A stretch of 63,705 nt of DNA, filler included, from Choristocarpus tenellus KU-1152 (taxonomy: Eukaryota; Protista; Phaeophyceae): NCBI GenBank assembly GCA_964200185.2. It is 11 parts of 11 records of this genome, joined end to end, with 100 filler letters (N's around TTAATTAATTAA, not from the genome) between each part and the next. Parts side by side here need not be neighbours in the genome. Positions count along the whole stretch, not along the records: positions 22,425 to 29,037 come from CAXNAD020007748.1; positions 29,138 to 33,512 come from CAXNAD020014843.1; positions 33,613 to 36,292 come from CAXNAD020025703.1; positions 36,393 to 42,406 come from CAXNAD020009170.1; 7 more parts are not named here. One strand, given 5' to 3'. The first letter of the stretch is position 1, and the number at the start of each line of letters is the position of its first letter. A program made the position numbers and the translations under genes. A model generated the notes under the pieces. It had not been told where the DNA came from. It ran no database searches and saw only the letters and a list, made by a program, of their open reading frames with translations. Positions 25,018 through 36,791 of the stretch are shown in pieces.

Positions 25018-26560
25018 ATGAAGTTGCCATTGGGGGTCCTGGTCTGCCTTGTCCACTCTGCAACCCCGCTTCAGTCCGGCGTGACTGAAAATGACTCTCG
25101 GCATACGTTGATCTTTCCGAGCAGCTTCGAGGATGGCCTGGCCTTTGCAACGTCACGCGGTGTTTTCCAGGATTTCTCACTCGATGAAAATAGTGTACGC
25201 CACTATGGAGTTGTGGTCGACGAAGGTGCGTAACTCCTACACTGATCTTATCATCCTCGTGTGCTAGAATCTCATCTCGCCTGCTATTCTCTGACCCTTC
25301 GCAACCTTAGTTTCTTCTCACCTTGTCCATACCACAGATACTGGGGACGTGTATATTGGGACATCCGTTGCCATCAAAAAGCTAAGTCAGCAATTAGACA
25401 AGTCTTGGACGAAGAGCACAATTGTTGGTGGCTGGGTGGAATATCAAGTAGTTGGGTACAACCTCGGTGTGGGTATGGATGATGTAGTACATCTATCTGT
25501 TCTAGGAGTCGAATGCGCAACAATATTATATGAATCTTCCAATAGTTTAAGGTGCATATCCGGAGATTCGAATCTCGGTCACAGTGACAGTGGAGAAGGT
25601 ATCACCGCAGCAGACTTTATTGTGCAGACCAGGAACGGTGGGTGGAGCGAGGGAGGTTACCCGAGGGATTTTGAGGAAACTGAGATAGCTGACCATTCGC
25701 TAAAGCCCATCGTAACATTTGTTCAAGCCTCGTTCAGAGACTTGAGTCCACATGCCCTGGTCTTAGACAAGCAAGAAGGCTTCTTGTACTACTCCAATAT
25801 TGCCTCTCAATCGGTTGAGAGGGTAGCACTCAATGGCTCGGCAATGGAAGTTTTCATGCCTGATGTGGGTCTTGTGTACGGTATGGCCCTGGATACCGAC
25901 AATAGATACATATATTACACAGAGAACCAAGAGGGAATAATTGGTAGATTTGAATTGGTGAGGGGGAAAGGTAGTCCTTTGATTGAGTCTCTTGTTACTG
26001 ACCTCGTCGATCCAATGGGTATTGCTCTAGATCTAGATGGTGATGGTCTGTTTTTTACCCTTTACAGAGGGGTAATTGGGTGGGCGAAGCGAAACATCTC
26101 CTACACTGAACTCAACTCTCTGAACACAACTAAGAACTTCTCTGTGATCCGACAGATGGACACCGCTGTTCGACTTGATGGAATTGCAGTAGCAAGATCT
26201 GACGCTATCAATGACCCCACTGAATTGCGGCTTTACTGGACAGAATCTGGGCCATGGCATGTGATTCAACGCTCTACTGTTAATGGTTTAGGAGTAGAAA
26301 CTTTGGTACGGTCCGGTATTAATGGTGGGGATATCTTGTGGCCTCGAGGCTTGATCCTTGACCCATCGGGATCTGGCATATACTTCACAGAGTTTCTTGG
26401 CACAGTTCGTTGGCTTTCTACCTTGGGGGATGGCGAGGATCCTCCTGTTACACTGTTACGGGCTGATACATATGCTGCAGCAGTAGCAGTGAAGTCTAAA
26501 ATAGGCAAAGCCAAGAGGCAGGGTATTGATGGGAGTTTCTTCATGGAGGGATTGCACTGA
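25018..26560 (+). CDS. Secreted protein, 476 aa: signal peptide, IPT/TIG-like domain, LDL-receptor class B (YWTD-type) beta-propeller
   Basis: Exons 25018-25225 and 25338-26560 (1431 nt, in frame). MKLPLGVLVCLVHSA leader; VGYNLG…LSVLGVEC…LRCISG; repeats PHALVLD..LYYSN, YGMALD..IYYTE, PMGIALD..LFFT, DGIAV..LYWTE, PRGLILD..IYFTE. Confidence 0.85.
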
Positions 26561-27316
26561 AATACAGGTCACGGGGAAAAAAAGAGCCACCTTTTCATGT
26601 CAATCATTATTGTTATGCAGCCTCCTCTCTGGCGACCTTTAGCCATATAACCCTTCCCCAAATCATCTAACCACTTGCCACGTTACAAACAACACATAGT
26701 AGCCGGTATATGCCTTGCTTATCATCTGAATTAGTTTTGAAGACAAGCACATTTCTTGATTAACATTCTACAGCACATGATATATTGTGTTAAAAAAAGA
26801 AGTTGCTTGTCAGGAGTGAGATAACAAATTTGTCTTGACAATGAAGAGCAAAAAAATGTTTTGGGTGGAATGGATACCTAAGCAGCAATCTGCCGAGTGC
26901 TCACGAACTAGCACGGTGGAGAGAAGAGAACAATTTATTTGGTCAGGTAGATGTTGTGGTTGCAATTTCACCTCTCTTCACTTCCATTGCATATTGATAC
27001 ACCACAAGCTTGTATAAATATGATTTCAGTACATCTAATTTCTCATTATTGTGATCATTACAGAAATTGTACATAGACAAAAAGTGGTACTCTGACAGGG
27101 GAATTGTTGTACAATAATTATTACATTGTTGCTCAGATTTATCCCTTAGGATTTAGAATATTATATTGCACTCTGACAGAACATTTGTTAAAGAGGTTGG
27201 TGTATGTACGGCTCGTTGCCCAAAGCTGGTAGTTGAGTTACACCTGGTAAACATACACTGAATATACTGACCTGTGTATAGTTTTCATTGGTGTTCCCCC
27301 AGACAAATCTGCAAAA

Positions 27317-28830
27317 TGTCAGAGGGCATAATAATAAACTATGAAATGCCCGCCAGCTATTCATCATCAGTCATGTATGAATGAATGCTGGCTGTTTATA
27401 CCACTATGCGCGTTACTACTTTGCATTGTACCGAATCAAAGATAAACGTACATGAAACCTACATTATATACTTGTATCAGGACAGACAACGTAACGATAA
27501 GAGTAAAAGTATCTTAGAGGGTACGGGTTTTGGCCTGTTTGTCCATTTGGGGCTTGCCTTCCCATGGGGTTCTTTTATGACATTTTCCTACTTCGAAATG
27601 TTTAGGAGTAGGTAAAGTATGTATGTTATTACAAGGTGTGTCCAGAACATGGATATTGACACTTCCTCACAAACACAATAGTCAAAATTACATTCGAAAT
27701 CGCAACATTGGATTTTGGCCCCAAATGGATGCGGCTCTACCCTCTAAGATACTTTGGCTCATAACACTAGGTTATTTGACACCCTCCCCTTGCTGAAAAA
27801 CAGGCATTAACTCTCAAACAATCACACCAAAAAAACAACAAAACACACACACACACGTTATCTTACATGATCATTAAAAACTTCACATGTTGTCTAAAAA
27901 CTCGTACTGGCAAATTCTTGGTCAACACATCTGCCCTCTGGTTTACAGTACCAACAAAAACATGTATCTCTCCTTTCCTAATTAAGTCCCTCAGAAAATG
28001 GTGTCGGACATCAATGTGCTTTGTTCTAGTAGAGCTTGTGGCATTTTGTACTAGTTTGCATGCACCATCGTTATCCTCAGACATGTCAATGCAACACCTA
28101 CAAAACTGTGGCAGAATGAACTCAAAAACACTCCTCAAGAAAAGTAATTCCTGTGCCACATGCTGAGAGCTATATACTCACTCTCCGTGGAAGACAGAGC
28201 TACAACTCTTTGTACCTTTGACATCCAAGATATTGCTCCTCCAGTCACTGATCTACGATCATTCCAGTCTCCAGCATAACTAGCATCTGCATATGCACTC
28301 AACTCACACTCAGTATCAAAACCACCAAAAGTCAATCAAATACTGGGGACACGTATTCAAATTTGCTAAAATACACTTCACTGCACGCCAATGTGTGGCT
28401 TTGGGATTACTACTGTACTTGGCAACTTCATGGACTGCATTTGCAATGTCTAGCCTAGTCATAACAGATGCCCACATCAAACTACCAAACGCCTTTCTCT
28501 ACGGTGTAATTTCATCAACACTTGGATGATTCTCACTCTTGTCCAAAGTCCTTGAGAGATCATGGGGGACTGACCTCTTCTTGCCCCGTCCATATCAAAT
28601 CTTTGACAAATAGTCTTGACGTACTTACTTTGATGCTGACAGTCTTTGCAATTCTATTGCGTGAAATCTCACAGCCCATATAATACACAAGATCGCCAAA
28701 ATCCTCTATAGAAAGCTGCTCTTTGATTCTTGAGTGAACCCAAATCAAAATGTCTTTTATACCAGCTACTAAAAGGTCGTCTGCATGGAGGGCTATCACA
28801 TCACAAATAACGCCATCTCTTACATAGGTT
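27317..28830 (-). mobile_element. Decayed Ty1/copia RT-RNase H with PPT and 3' LTR
   Basis: LHADDLLVAG, AYADASYA..DRRSVTGG, LSSTESEYIA, RTKHIDVRHHFLR, QRADVLTKNL; PPT AGGGGAGGG at 27790-27782; LTR TGTCA…TGACA at 27781-27317. Confidence 0.92.
27501..27760 (-). mobile_element. MITE family A, full copy nested in copia LTR
   Basis: GAGTAAAAGTATCTTAGAGGGTA … TACCCTCTAAGATACTTTGGCTC; 4-bp TSD ATAA. Confidence 0.94.
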
Positions 28831-29037
28831 AGTGATGTGTGGGGGGGCAGCAGTTTCCTGGATTCCCAGAACCAAACGTGTCATAGCACAGTCGACTGCA
28901 GAGGCAGAGTACATAGCCATGGGGGACTGTGTGAAGGAGTTGTTTTTGCGAAGTGTGTTGGAGTTCTTGCAACCTGTGTTGTCCTCATACACTACATAAC
29001 ACGATCCAGTCCTATCAGGTTGCAAGAACTCCAACAC
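28831..29037 (+). mobile_element. Copia RNase H fragment (same family as 18357-18545) ending in a fold-back
   Basis: Close match to 18357-18545; 22-bp perfect inverted arms at 28955-28976 and 29016-29037. Confidence 0.85.
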
Positions 29038-29481
29038 NNNNNNNNNNNNNNNNNNNNNNNNNNNNNNNNNNNNNNNNNNNNTTAATTAATTAANNNNNNN
29101 NNNNNNNNNNNNNNNNNNNNNNNNNNNNNNNNNNNNNAACAGCAGAAGCACGCGTACGATGAGTGGAGTCAAATATTATTTTTTGTTTGGGGGCGGAAAG
29201 GGGGAAATTTCCTGAACAAGAACAGCCCTCATTTCAATCTTCTCAGCCTGGATACACCGCCAAGATTCAAGGTACAATGGAGGAGGTATCGTTCCAAGAC
29301 ATTTAAATTCAACACAAACAATACAAAGAGGTGTAGGCTACAGTCACCAAAACCTATCGTAGAGCCAATGAGGAGGTTCTATAGCTCTTCTGCAGGCGTT
29401 CGCACAAGGTCAAGAAAACAATAATGTAAAGTCACAACCTCGCCAGAAAATCAATTCCTAAACAAGTTCAGAGGTACTCAC

Positions 29482-32400
29482 TATGTGCGTCCTTGACTGA
29501 AGCTCATGTGCAAAGTACCTAAAGAATCCAGCCAGCAGCGTACCCACGGAGTCTGTGTTCCGCCTTCCAAACTCTAGCAAACCTGCAATCCCTGCTGCAG
29601 AGTGCCCCTCTCCCTGAAAATACCATTATCAGTTTGATGCCAAGATGAGAGCAAAGGGGGTAGGAGACAGATTTTAAGGACGAAGATGGACTGCATCCCA
29701 ACATTGGCTGGAAGTATTTCACTACCAGAATAGTGCAATTCCATTGGCTGTTAAGTTGCTGCTTCTACCATGTGAACTCTCAATGTAAACTGCACACACT
29801 GCACACACACGCGCGCGCACGCCTCCCAAAGAAAAAATTGTAAGCAGAAAGCGGTTCTTCCGTGTTCAAGTCTCACCTGATTGGTCAATCAGGGGGACTA
29901 GTGAACAGTGAGAGTTGATTAGCTCCCACCACGCCAAACACAATTAATTCATTAAAATAATACACCACCGTCCTGTCATCCGCAATTGACATTACCCTCA
30001 CTCCTCCCAATCCTAGAGTCACTCATCTGCCACACAGCTGCTTGGGTTTGCAACACCATCACATGAACAACAAATAGTTCAATGAGACTCAACAATACAC
30101 CATCACCAGGCCGCAAGCAAACTCTGCTGCAATATCGCCTACCTATTGCATACATACCACCATATATAATATATATATATATATTGGTGTGACAAAAGGG
30201 GATGCACATTGGGTACAACTCAAGCCCCACCCCTTTGTTACCCACTGGCATTCCTCCCATAGACTATGCTATTCAGGTACAAAATTGCTAACAGAGAGAG
30301 AGAGAGAGAGAGCTACCACCTGGTGTTCCAAATTCAAACAAGATCTCACAATGGTTCATCAATCGGGGAACGTGCACAAAGCTCTAGAAAGAAAATATTA
30401 CAAAAAAGTATACATGTATTATTATTATTATTATTATTATTACCAATAATCCACTTTCAGAACCCTAAATGCAATTTTAAAAAAAATCTCTTTTTACAGC
30501 TACCTCAACAAGACCAGTAAATTAAATTAAAACCGTTCGTCCATGGACGTACTTTCAGTTCAACTTTCAGGCACAGATGTTGCGCTTCATCACACCGAAA
30601 TAAATAAAGATATAATATATATATTGCACAAACAGCATCATGGGAGGCGTTCTTATGTATTCTCAAGGCAACAAGCAAACAAACAAACAAAAGATGTCAG
30701 TCCCTGGTTGCGATGCAAGCCGGCTTTGATGATATGATAATATGACCACTGTAGAGCACAACCTCAGTCCTTGGTGGTCTTCATGAAACACGCACTCCTT
30801 CAACATAGAAAGGTTTACATTTATTTCCTCACAACCTCCTCACAAATGCATTACAAAGTTACTACTTGTGAACAGCACAATTGCTTTTTTTTTTCTTACT
30901 TTATCATTTTTTTTTAATGTACACGTACACCACTCGCCCAATCACCCCTAGGGTAGAACAAATCACCCACCAATACACTCAACAGATACATTGTCAGAAG
31001 GTGGGGAGTAAGGTGAAAACAAAACACCGCTGGATTATGAATGCCTAAATTTGCTCCTCCTCCTCCTCCTCTGCCAGCATCAAAATACCTAATTCTTATC
31101 GTTAATGACAACAATACTACTAATAATAATAAATAATAACACCATCAAAATATCTCTTGATACAACCACAACGCCTATCAACAAAGACAAGAGTTGCTAA
31201 GGCTACAGTGACTGTGACTGTCAACTTACCAGAGGGTCAAAGAAGTAAGTGTTGTAGTGTAGTCCATCCGTGGGTTGGAACACATCAAACCTGGGGAGGA
31301 AAAGACTCGGCAGTCCTGGCGGCATAGCTTGCCCAGACCAATCAGGTGGTAGCGCCTGATAGGTACAGCAAAGTACAGTACAGTACAGTACCAGGGAGTA
31401 CCGTACCATACATATCGGAAATTAGTGCAAGGGCCCCATGGCAGTTTCAACAATGCCAAGGGGTTGTGAGGAGCAGGGTGGGGATGATGTCACTTATGGG
31501 GCTCATGTTGGCATCAAGAGCATCGTTAAAGTAAGCGCCAGGGTACAGGAGGTTAGGGTTAGGAACTAGATCTCTTCCTCTTGGTCCTACTCTCTAGACT
31601 AGGGGCATCCACACATGAAAAGAGCGGGGCAGGTTCATTTAGACACTAGTTGGATACTAGTTTGATAGTAGTCTGATACTATTTTGATACTATTTTGATA
31701 TTACTTTGATACTAGTTTGATACTAGTCTGATATTAGTTTGATATTACTTTGATACTAGCTTGATACAGGAGAAGCAATACCCTTGGTCACAGATGCAAA
31801 TCATCCTATCAACAAAAACGCCGCAACAGCAGGCACACCCAGCACACAGAGAGTACTTCAAATAAAAATCCGATTAAAAAAAAAAAAGTCTTCTCGATTT
31901 GATTGCAATTTACACTCTGAGACCAACTGCTGGTACTGGACCCGATCACCGTCTTCGTGAGGGCATTTGAAAAAAAAAATTGCAGTACAAGTGATGTCTT
32001 ACGACTCTCCAACTAGAAAAAGAAAAAAAAAAGCAGTCCCGCGTTAGTACCGGCACTTGTATTCCGAACCTTAGTGTGCACCAAGTAAAGTCCACCTCAA
32101 AAACTATCAACAAGATATTGGGGGGAAGTGGTGGTGAGCCAGTACTGCTGTAGTCCAATGGCCAACATGCCAACCCTAGAACAACATCCAAAGATGTGCA
32201 CCTCAACACACGAATCACTTCCACCCTATCAATCTGGGGGTCTGTTGACACCATAAAAAAAACACACACACAATCTGGGGGTATGTCTTAGCATAGGCTC
32301 TATCTCTTTATGTCTTGGCGTAGACTCTATATCTCTCCCTCTCCAGAACAGGCAAGAACAGGACCAACCACCAGAACACACAAAAACAAAAAACTCATCA

Positions 32401-32925
32401 TTACCTCCCAACACCAAGTACCCTCAGTCCAATCCCCAGTGACACCTTAGAACAGGGAGCAAGCCTCAGCTTAGAACTACAATTCTCTTAACCTAATGTG
32501 ACTACAACGGCATCTGAATACCCTTAACCTTAACCTTAACCTCCAACGCCTTCCTTATCCCTTATCGCACAGGTGTGATTCCCCTCCCCTCCCCCCCCAA
32601 AAAAAAAAAAAAACAAGCACCGCACCAAACAAGGGACACAGAACAAAAAAAAACCTTAACCCCAAGCGCAAAAAAAAAAAAAAAAACACACGAACAGAAA
32701 CACCTACACCAATAGGAAAGCTCACATTTCACATCGGTCCAATCAAATCACCTGCAAGTTCGGCACCACCGGGGGATCCCTCGTCTGCAGGAAATGGAGC
32801 AGGCACAGGAGGTACCCATAGGAGGAGAGTGTACCTTCCGAAGCATTGTTGATGCGCCTGCACTTTGCCCAGTGTTTCACCACATACGCAAGGGCCTTCA
32901 CACGGGGGTCTGCCTCCGAGTACAC
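29482..32925 (-). CDS. Cid1/GLD2-like terminal uridylyltransferase or non-canonical poly(A) polymerase, internal exons
   Basis: Phase-0 exons 32925-32752 (DPRVKALAYVVKHWAKCRRINNASEGTLSSYGYLLCLLHFLQTRDPPVVPNLQ), 31355-31230, 29613-29482 (NTDSVGTLLAGFFRYFA, PAP-associated domain). Confidence 0.9.
31642..31767. repeat. 11-bp tandem repeat, ~11.5 units
   Basis: Consensus GATACTAGTTT; intronic. Confidence 0.92.
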
Positions 32926-33061
32926 CTATTAGTGTGGGTGAATTGGGTGTCAAGCAAGAAATGCAAAAGGGAGACCCTTGCACCTCAGATCAAATTCAGG
33001 GACAGCTCCCAACAAGGAGAGGCTCGTTCGGATTCATCACGGGTTGCCCCCGTTCATAAGG

Positions 33062-33063
<2 letters not shown>

Positions 33064-33122
<59 letters not shown>
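33064..33122. repeat. (CA)n microsatellite
   Basis: Perfect CA run. Confidence 0.97.
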
Positions 33123-33126
<4 letters not shown>

Positions 33127-34223
33127 ACATAACCTCAAGTCACGCCGCTGTGACATCATGTCTCCATGCAGAACAGACCAGGAACTGTCAAACAGTCAAT
33201 CGTTAGCCCCCCCACCTTAACCCCGTCCTTAGCTTTCCTACTCCACTCCACTTTTTCCTCTAACACTCACGGATCGATACACTCCCAGTGAATGGGGTTA
33301 ACAGGAAAAACTCAACAATAAAAACGCCTCCCAAACAAATACGCACGTTCAACTCGAAAAGGCCATCGTGTGCTGATGCACAGAAGCTAAAAAAAAAAAG
33401 CCAGTGCAACCAATGCGCACAAAAAAAAAACGAAACTTAACCTCCCAAATACATACAAAAAAAAAATCATAATTTTTTTTATAAAAAAAATCATAAAAAC
33501 AAAAAATCGACANNNNNNNNNNNNNNNNNNNNNNNNNNNNNNNNNNNNNNNNNNNNTTAATTAATTAANNNNNNNNNNNNNNNNNNNNNNNNNNNNNNNN
33601 NNNNNNNNNNNNGATTGAGAAGGAGGCAACGGTACAGTAGAAGAATCAAGGCTACACTGCAATGGGCAGGGGAGGGGGGGGGGTACATCACAAACTTTGA
33701 ATACAAAACATGTACTTCGGATGGAGTTTCACACCACAAAACTAACCAATAGCCCAGCAAGTAGTAGTTGGTAATACTTGGTTGGCGGTTGCCCTTGGCC
33801 ATTGGACAACTATCCTCCCCTGCTGCTAGGAAGCTATTCGTATATTATTATTAGAGGATCATTTGCTGTTCATTTTTGACTCATATATTATGTTTTCCCA
33901 CATGAGTGAAACCCCCCCCCCAATAAAAGAACAATAAAAAGAAGTATTGAATCCACTGAGAGACACAACAAAGCACAGTAAAGTTCACAAAAAAAAATAC
34001 CATCAAATTTTGGATAATGCCTGCCCCTTCATCTTTCATGACTGAAAAGTAAAATTTCTGACCTCTGTGTGTGACAAGCTATTAAGCAGAGAGGGCTTTC
34101 AGGGGAAATTATGCTGTCAAGAGTCACTACACAATATTGACAGTTACAAATTATATGTGAGTGTGTATGTCGTGCTTAATGGGGGGGAGGAGGAAGAATG
34201 GAGCAGGAGACACACAGGTATAC

Positions 34224-35444
34224 CTTGTGTCCAGAGCCAGGCATCGAGACCTCCTGGAAGAGCTCAGCTGACCTGTCACGTCCAGCAAACAATTCAAAGC
34301 AACCATACATAAAACACAAAAGGACAAAATCGGTCACACCATAATAGATCAAGCAAGGGACAGAATGGCACTATTATACTCTAGGCATAATGAGAAAAAT
34401 ATATATTATAAAAAAAGCAATACATACATAGTTGTTTATCCACTTGTCTGTGCATCATACCACAAAAAATTCAATATTCAAAGTACGTACCATAGACCCC
34501 AATCTTAAAAAAAACAACTCGGTAAACGCAACCCGTGTTTCAACTAAAAATAAAAAACCACACATAAAAAAAATCATTTGTAGTATGTAGTACTACATAA
34601 AATTTTACTGCGCTTGCCGCAAGAAAAAACAACGAAACCGAAAAAAAATCAGGGATTAGCAAAAAAAAAGCAAGAATACACCCACCCCAGCTTGTCCTCC
34701 ATGAAGCTGTCAATATGAGCAACTGGTCTGCAACCCAGCGTTCGAGAGATGAACTCAATGTCATTTCGCTCCACGTCTGTTATGACCATTATGCCCATCT
34801 GAAAAAAAAAAATTGAAAGCAAAAAAAAGGACACGAAAAAAAAATGAATATATGAAGGAGGTAGGGTCAGGGAAGGCACAGACACACAGAGTGACTAGAA
34901 AACTGAACTAAAAGATATATACATAAATCTCTCTTGTCCCATCCTGTATATGTCAGGGTTGTTTGTTGGCAACAGAAGATCGGGGGAGTCCAAGACTCAC
35001 ACCCATATTTCAAGCGGTGCTCGAGACTGCAGGACAACACGTCCTCCAACATCAAGGATATAGATTCCAGGGCGAAATGTGTTAATGGTTCCACCGCCGG
35101 TGTACCACACCCACATACCATTGGATCAAATTATGTCACTACTACAATTATTAGTACTATTATTATTATTGCTAAAAAAGAAAAATGCAACCTCGACTGC
35201 GTCATTTGCACTAACATCATGCATGCCAAAAATTGAAATAAAATTATCTTAATTATTCAAGACACGGTCCACCAACAAGACAAATGATTCGCTACAGCAC
35301 AGCTCCCCCCCCCCCCAGTCAAAACACACACAGGAGACACACACTAAGGCATACCTTTGCTAAGAAGTGAATGGAGAGGTCATTGTAGGCATCCCTCAGA
35401 ATACTCTTCTGAATCAGCAGCACATTGCACCCTGCCTTCTTGAC
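34224..35444 (-). CDS. CCT4: Chaperonin CCT/TRiC subunit delta, internal exons
   Basis: Exons 35444-35355 ([30 protein letters not shown]), 34798-34686 ([38 protein letters not shown]), 34272-34224 (SAELFQEV…); phase-consistent. Confidence 0.95.
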
Positions 35445-36791
35445 CTGCACAAGGGGAAACAAGCAATCATTTATTATCGGCTAAGAGTGATGTCCACACG
35501 CACATACATTTACAGAAAGCCATCTACTGCTTGAGGTCATCTTTGCCGGTGCGACTTGAGCAGGAGCATAGAAAAAAAACTTAAAAACACAACATAATAA
35601 TAATAACAACAGTAAGGATGTTTTAGGATGATAATCAGGATCAGGCTACCAAAGAGATAACTTCCAGTGAGGGCAGAAAGGTGACAATTAACAGTGAAAA
35701 AAATTAACAGCATGCACTGTATGTACTATTGAGTACATTCCGTTATCGGTATATATTTTATGTTGGCAGTGCAATTTACAACTCCATATATTGATCCTCC
35801 AAAATTTCCCAATTAGGTCTCAAAGTTGTTGCCCCCAAAACGTTTTGGTACCCTGATCAGGATCATGAACAAAAAACTACAAAGTATGCAATAATAATAA
35901 ATAATAGTACTAGTATTGTGTGTGAGTGAACAACCCCAGTCATCCCCTCCCCCCACCCTCCCTCCTCTACTCCACTACTACCACAAAACCATATTCTTGT
36001 GTGAGGAATTTTGTTGTGTGTGATCATCAACCATGCTTACAAACAATACCACAACTATCCATCACACCATAGCCTACATTACGTCCACATTATCATGATC
36101 GCTCCCTCTCTTCTACATTACAAAAGTCTCAACCAAACAGTACACTACACACACCAAAGACCTTACACAAACAAGTCACTTTCCAACCATGCACTCTTCA
36201 CAAACAATGCTCATCACCAATCACGCTTCATACATGCAATGAGCTCACCCCCCCCCCCACACAACACCTCACCGTACACAACCGCCACACGCNNNNNNNN
36301 NNNNNNNNNNNNNNNNNNNNNNNNNNNNNNNNNNNNTTAATTAATTAANNNNNNNNNNNNNNNNNNNNNNNNNNNNNNNNNNNNNNNNNNNNAATAAAAA
36401 GCTCCATCCTCAATTTTTGAAATCGACTGTTAACGGGAGAAAAGTGACCAAACATTCTTGGAACTGTTTCTAAGCACTTTGACATCTTAGATATAGAGGA
36501 CGAATTGAACTCCAATGCATCGTAATCAGGACATCATTTAATACAGGCTTTTGGTTTAGTCAACTGAATAGGTATGACTAGCAATGAAACTTGTGACGTT
36601 CTATGTGGAATTTATTGTATCATTTGGGTTGTATGTATAGAGCATTATACCCCTCCGACTGCCTCTGATTTCTTAGTGGAATGCCAGAATTTCTGGATTA
36701 GTCAGTTACCCTGCTTGGGTGGGTCATGAGGGCGTTTATAAAACCGTCATACAGGACCATTTCATGTATTATTTTCCCCTCCATTGTGGGA

